From Eledone cirrhosa (Eukaryota): DNA of 64,000 nucleotides. Shown here piece by piece: positions 59,994 to 64,000 of this stretch. The stretch spans positions 108,314,001 to 108,378,000 of the forward strand of contig OZ024743.1 of NCBI GenBank assembly GCA_964016885.1, in the 5' to 3' direction. The position numbers and the translations under genes were made by a program. Under the pieces are notes generated by a model. The model was not told the DNA's origin. It ran no database searches and was given only the letters and a program-made list of their open reading frames with translations. Each line of letters begins with the position of its first letter. Within the stretch, counting starts at the first letter, position 1.

Positions 59994-60367
59994 TCTATCT
60001 ATCTCCCATCTCTCTCTATCCCTCTCTCTTGCTCTCTCTCTCTCTCTTTTCTTCTTTCTATCACTTTCTCTCTAGTACTCATCTCTTTCCTTCATCTATG
60101 TTTCTCTCACTTCTTTCTATCACCTCTTACACTTCAACTTCCTCTATCTCTGTATAACTATACTATAATTTGCCTCCTCAACCCATCCTCCACCACCTCT
60201 TCCATTTCCTCCTCATCCACCTCCTCATCAACATTTTCTCTCCTAAAATTATTTCCCTCAAGAATCAATGAAGCATAAACATTTTCATGTACGATATTCG
60301 ATGTCAGCATCAGGAGACTGTCCAGACGTGCTGCGTGTGACCGCTTAAACGTCATTACCATTTTAGA

Positions 60368-60780
60368 TGGATTAGCAGTATCGCTAGAGGGTCGGACGCC
60401 ATGCTTTGCAGCATTGAGTTATGGCTCTTTGTGCTATGAGTTCAAATTCTGCCGCGGTTAGCTTTGCCTTTCGTACTTACGGGGTCGATAAAATAAAGTA
60501 CCAGTAATGCACTGGTAAATTGCTGGCCTTGTGCCAAATGTAGAAACAATTATTGTTAGTAGTACCAGGAGGGTGGATTTACAGTATCGTTAGAGCGTCA
60601 GCTTTACAACATAGAGTTATGGACCTTTACGGTCTAAGTTGAAATCCCGTCAAGATTAGCTTTATCTTTCATCGTTACGGGGTCGATCAAATAATATACC
60701 ACTCACGCGCTGGTGTCGATTTGGTAGAATTTCCCCGCCAACAAATTTGCTGACCTTGTGCTTATATCAGAAACAATTAT
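60368..60780 (+). mobile_element. Tandem SINEs (short 60368-60552; long 60573-60780)
   Basis: Two A box/B box/core/tail units. Confidence 0.88.
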
Positions 60781-60810
60781 TATTATGATCATTATGATTA
60801 TTATTATTCA

Positions 60811-63282
60811 TAAAGCTTTTGTTCTGGCAGATGTTATACCTATGCCATACAAAAAAATGAGCCATAGCCGATGGTCAAATGTCTAAAGGAAATTGTTTCT
60901 CCTTCAGTTTTCGAACACCCATCTTAGAATTTAATGCATAGACCTCTGCTTTTAGCAACATACTTTAAAAGTGATTGTTTAATAGAGGCCTAATACGAGT
61001 CTAAGGATCTGCATTCTTTAGCCACGCAATCCATCACACTTACAAGTCTTAGACCTTCTACGTTTCATAGTGTACAGAGCCTTAGGACATTTGCCTTTGG
61101 GTGTACACTATTGTCAACTATTTTCTTACGCGTTCGCCTCTCTAACTTAATTTCTTCTTTGGTCCAATTCAAAATAACCACACTATATATAATAACTGGC
61201 ACAGCCCAAGCATTGATGTCGGTAATTAATTTCGTTTTAAGTAATAGTTTTAAACTTTTTGGATATACTTCCTTCACATTTCCTTTCATCCTCTCATTTA
61301 GAATGTTGTCAACCTACAAAATGCTAAGATATTTCTACCCATTATCTTCAGTGTCACTAATCGACTTTCCATCAAGTAACTAAACCCCACAAATATGGGC
61401 TTGCCTGCTTTTCTTCATAGTTAGTTTGCGATACACAATTCCAACCAAATGGCTCCTCAACATCAGTGGGCAGCTTTGACCAATGAATCAACCTGCCAAA
61501 GAAATTCAGATCGTCGATGTAAATTGATTATTGATATTAGATCCTCTTCTTTTCAAACTGATAGCCAATATATGTATCCCGTAAGAGAATTGATAATGGA
61601 ATCCTGGCAATCAGAAAGAGCAGCTGTGAGAATGAATCTCCTTAAAATATTCCTCTTCTTTTATTGACCCTATCTAGGGCTCTATTTCCTGTATACAGAT
61701 TTGTCTTCTAAATTCCATTACATTAATGACACTGTATGTTATCCTAACCAGTCTCTAGCATTTCAGTACCGATAAATGCGGGACCATGTCGAAGGCTTTT
61801 TTGAAGTCTATTTAAGCCAGGCATACATTCTGTAGATACCTTTGCAGTTATTCATGATCTCCTTGTCAATAGCAAGATTGTCTTTGGCTTCCTTGGAATT
61901 GTTCCTACACCTCTCCTGCTTGACAAGTAACATCCCATTCTGAAGCAAGTGATTATACAAGTTTTCCGCAATGACAACAGTCAGCAGCTTCCAAAACATA
62001 TTCATGCAAGCAATTGGCCTGACATTTCCAATTAATGGACCTTTCCTTTCATCCTTCATTGTCAAAGTTTTCTTTCCTTCGACCATCCGACTTGAAACCT
62101 CTCCTTGTACTACAAAATCACTTAGGTGCTTCCCTAGCTTTGAATGAACACATTTAAATCTTTTCAACCAGAATCCTTGTATACAATCAAGTCTAGGAGA
62201 ATTTCGGTTTGGCATTTTCTTAATTTGCTCTTCAATGTCTTCCTTTGAAATTATATCCCATCTTTATTTTGGTTCGTTAGATAACTTATGCTCAAATTCA
62301 TATACCCAGCTCGAATCTTTATTATGCTCTTTTGTAATTCCCCACAAATTTCACCAGGATTGTGTGAATTTGTCAGCACCAGGTGCATATTCTGCTCCAA
62401 TTTCCCATGACAGAACATTTTCTGATTTGTAAATAACAATCTATTCTGTTCGTAGGTTTTTGTCATTTTGTATAGCTCCTAACCCAATTAGATTTTGCCT
62501 TAATTCGCTGATTCGCCTCTTCCATCACTACATTCAAAATATTTAATTTTATACCTCATGTCCATGCGTCGTTTCCTTCCTACGTTGGCCTTCTTCCATA
62601 TTCCTCTATGCCATGCATCCATTTTATCTAGATCTTTTCTTAAATGAGTTATATTATCTTCCAATCTTATATTACACCAGGGTTCCTTATAGTTCTCCTA
62701 ATCAGTGTGTTTAATATCTAATCGTTTACTCACCAGAAACACCACAACGCTAATTTACTTTCTTTAATTCTGTTTTACCATTTGTTTCTATGTACATGGT
62801 TTACTTTGGTTGTTTTAGTTTCTAAAAGACGTCTCTCTATATTTCGAAGATTCAGCGGCGTCTTACTGAATCCAGGATCATTAAATAGATATTTCAATCT
62901 TTCGATGATCAATCTTCTTTCTTTCCTTTTATTTTCATTCACCCTTCTCTGACCACATCATTAGTCTTCGATTTTACACTCTCTCCGCATTTAGTAGTTC
63001 ATCATTTTTGCTCTTATCAGCATTTTAGTAAGCTAATTCTTCCATAGTTGATTAATTTTCATTATGATCTCTATGTTTTCCACTTTCCAAATTCACATCA
63101 TCAAAGTTAACTTCAGCATTAACATTCGTACTTTGAACTTCAATTTCCTAGGCCCCCAATTCGACCTTCGTGAGCTAATTACTCCACCTAATTTCCCGTA
63201 TGTGTCCCACTACATTGTTCACTCAGATTTTAAACATTCCAAATCTTTTCCAATGCTGAAGCCTCTGTTCACCCACACCCCA
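60811..63282 (-). pseudogene. Decayed R4/Dong-clade non-LTR retrotransposon, reverse transcriptase region, many stops and frameshifts
   Basis: SPRLDCIQGFWLKRF...RPIACMNMFWKLLT...QERCRNNSKEAKDNLAIDK (61808-62215), FKKAFDMVPH just downstream, INAWAVPVIIYSVVILNWTKEEI...HPKANVLRL (61065-61289), GLRLVSVMDCV; ends before the restriction-like endonuclease; TAA-like repeat at the 3' junction. Confidence 0.8.
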
Positions 63283-63285
63283 TAA

Positions 63286-63354
<69 letters not shown>

Positions 63355-63393
63355 GAGTAGTAGTAGTAGTAGCAGCAGCAGTGGTAGTAGTAA

Positions 63394-63440
<47 letters not shown>

Positions 63441-63441
63441 C
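63283..63441. repeat. (TAG)n microsatellite
   Basis: Direct inspection. Confidence 0.95.
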
Positions 63442-63459
63442 TAAGAGTAGCAGTAACAG

Positions 63460-63868
63460 TGGTGAATTGGCAGTATCGGGAGAGAATCGGATAACGTGCT
63501 GTGTGGCATAGTATTACGGTTTTTTACGTTCTGATTTGAAATCCCGCCGAAGTTAACTTTGCCTTTTATCCTTCCGGGGTCGATGAAATAAGCACCAGTG
63601 ATGCACTGGGGTTGATTTAATTGATGTTTACCCGCATCCAAAATTGTTGGCTTTGTGCCCATAGTTGAAATAATTTGTGGATTGACAGTATCAGTAGAAC
63701 GTCGAACAACATGCCTTGAAGCATAGAGTTACATCCCTTTACAGTTTGAGTTCAAATCCACCGTGGTTAACTTTGCCTTTCATCCTTACGGGGTCGATAA
63801 AATAAAGTAGCAGTAATGCACTGGGATAATTGCAGACCTTGTTTCAAAAGTAGAAACAATTATTATTA
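63460..63868 (+). mobile_element. Tandem SINEs (long 63460-63673; short 63677-63868)
   Basis: Two complete units; the second ends in (att)n. Confidence 0.88.
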
Positions 63869-64000
63869 TTCCGACACTTCATGTATGCTTACTTTCATTT
63901 CTCTTCTCCTCTCGTCTTCTCTCGTCCTCTCTCGTTTCGTCATTTTTTTCATTTTGTGTTTGTTGTTATTGCTTTCCTTTTTGTCTTTTTTCCATGTTGT

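Overview
Eukaryotic, very AT-rich, microsatellite-saturated non-coding DNA (intron or intergenic). The extreme (TA)n/(CA)n/(AG)n density and the tRNA-headed SINE suggest an octopus-like cephalopod (inference, not checked). No host protein-coding exon can be supported: nearly all ORFs in the track are translations of simple repeats. Recognisable content: about 20 copies of one tRNA-derived SINE family plus an older second family; a decayed R4/Dong-type LINE (60.8-63.3 kb); other LINE remnants; a non-autonomous Helitron; small DNA-transposon MITEs. The most interesting signal is a set of ORF-less elements next to (TA)n arrays that carry type I hammerhead ribozyme motifs (5 with intact CUGANGA/GAAA cores, several decayed). 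They often have a much extended stem II and are often arranged as foldback inverted repeats. One (12.4-13.5 kb) has a 529-nt cleavage-site-to-cleavage-site unit, a tail repeat and an inverted copy, as expected for a Penelope-mobilised retrozyme-like element. A separate bipartite RTE-derived element in (TATG)n arrays starts with a candidate HDV-like ribozyme. All structures were paired by eye; no folding or database search was run.
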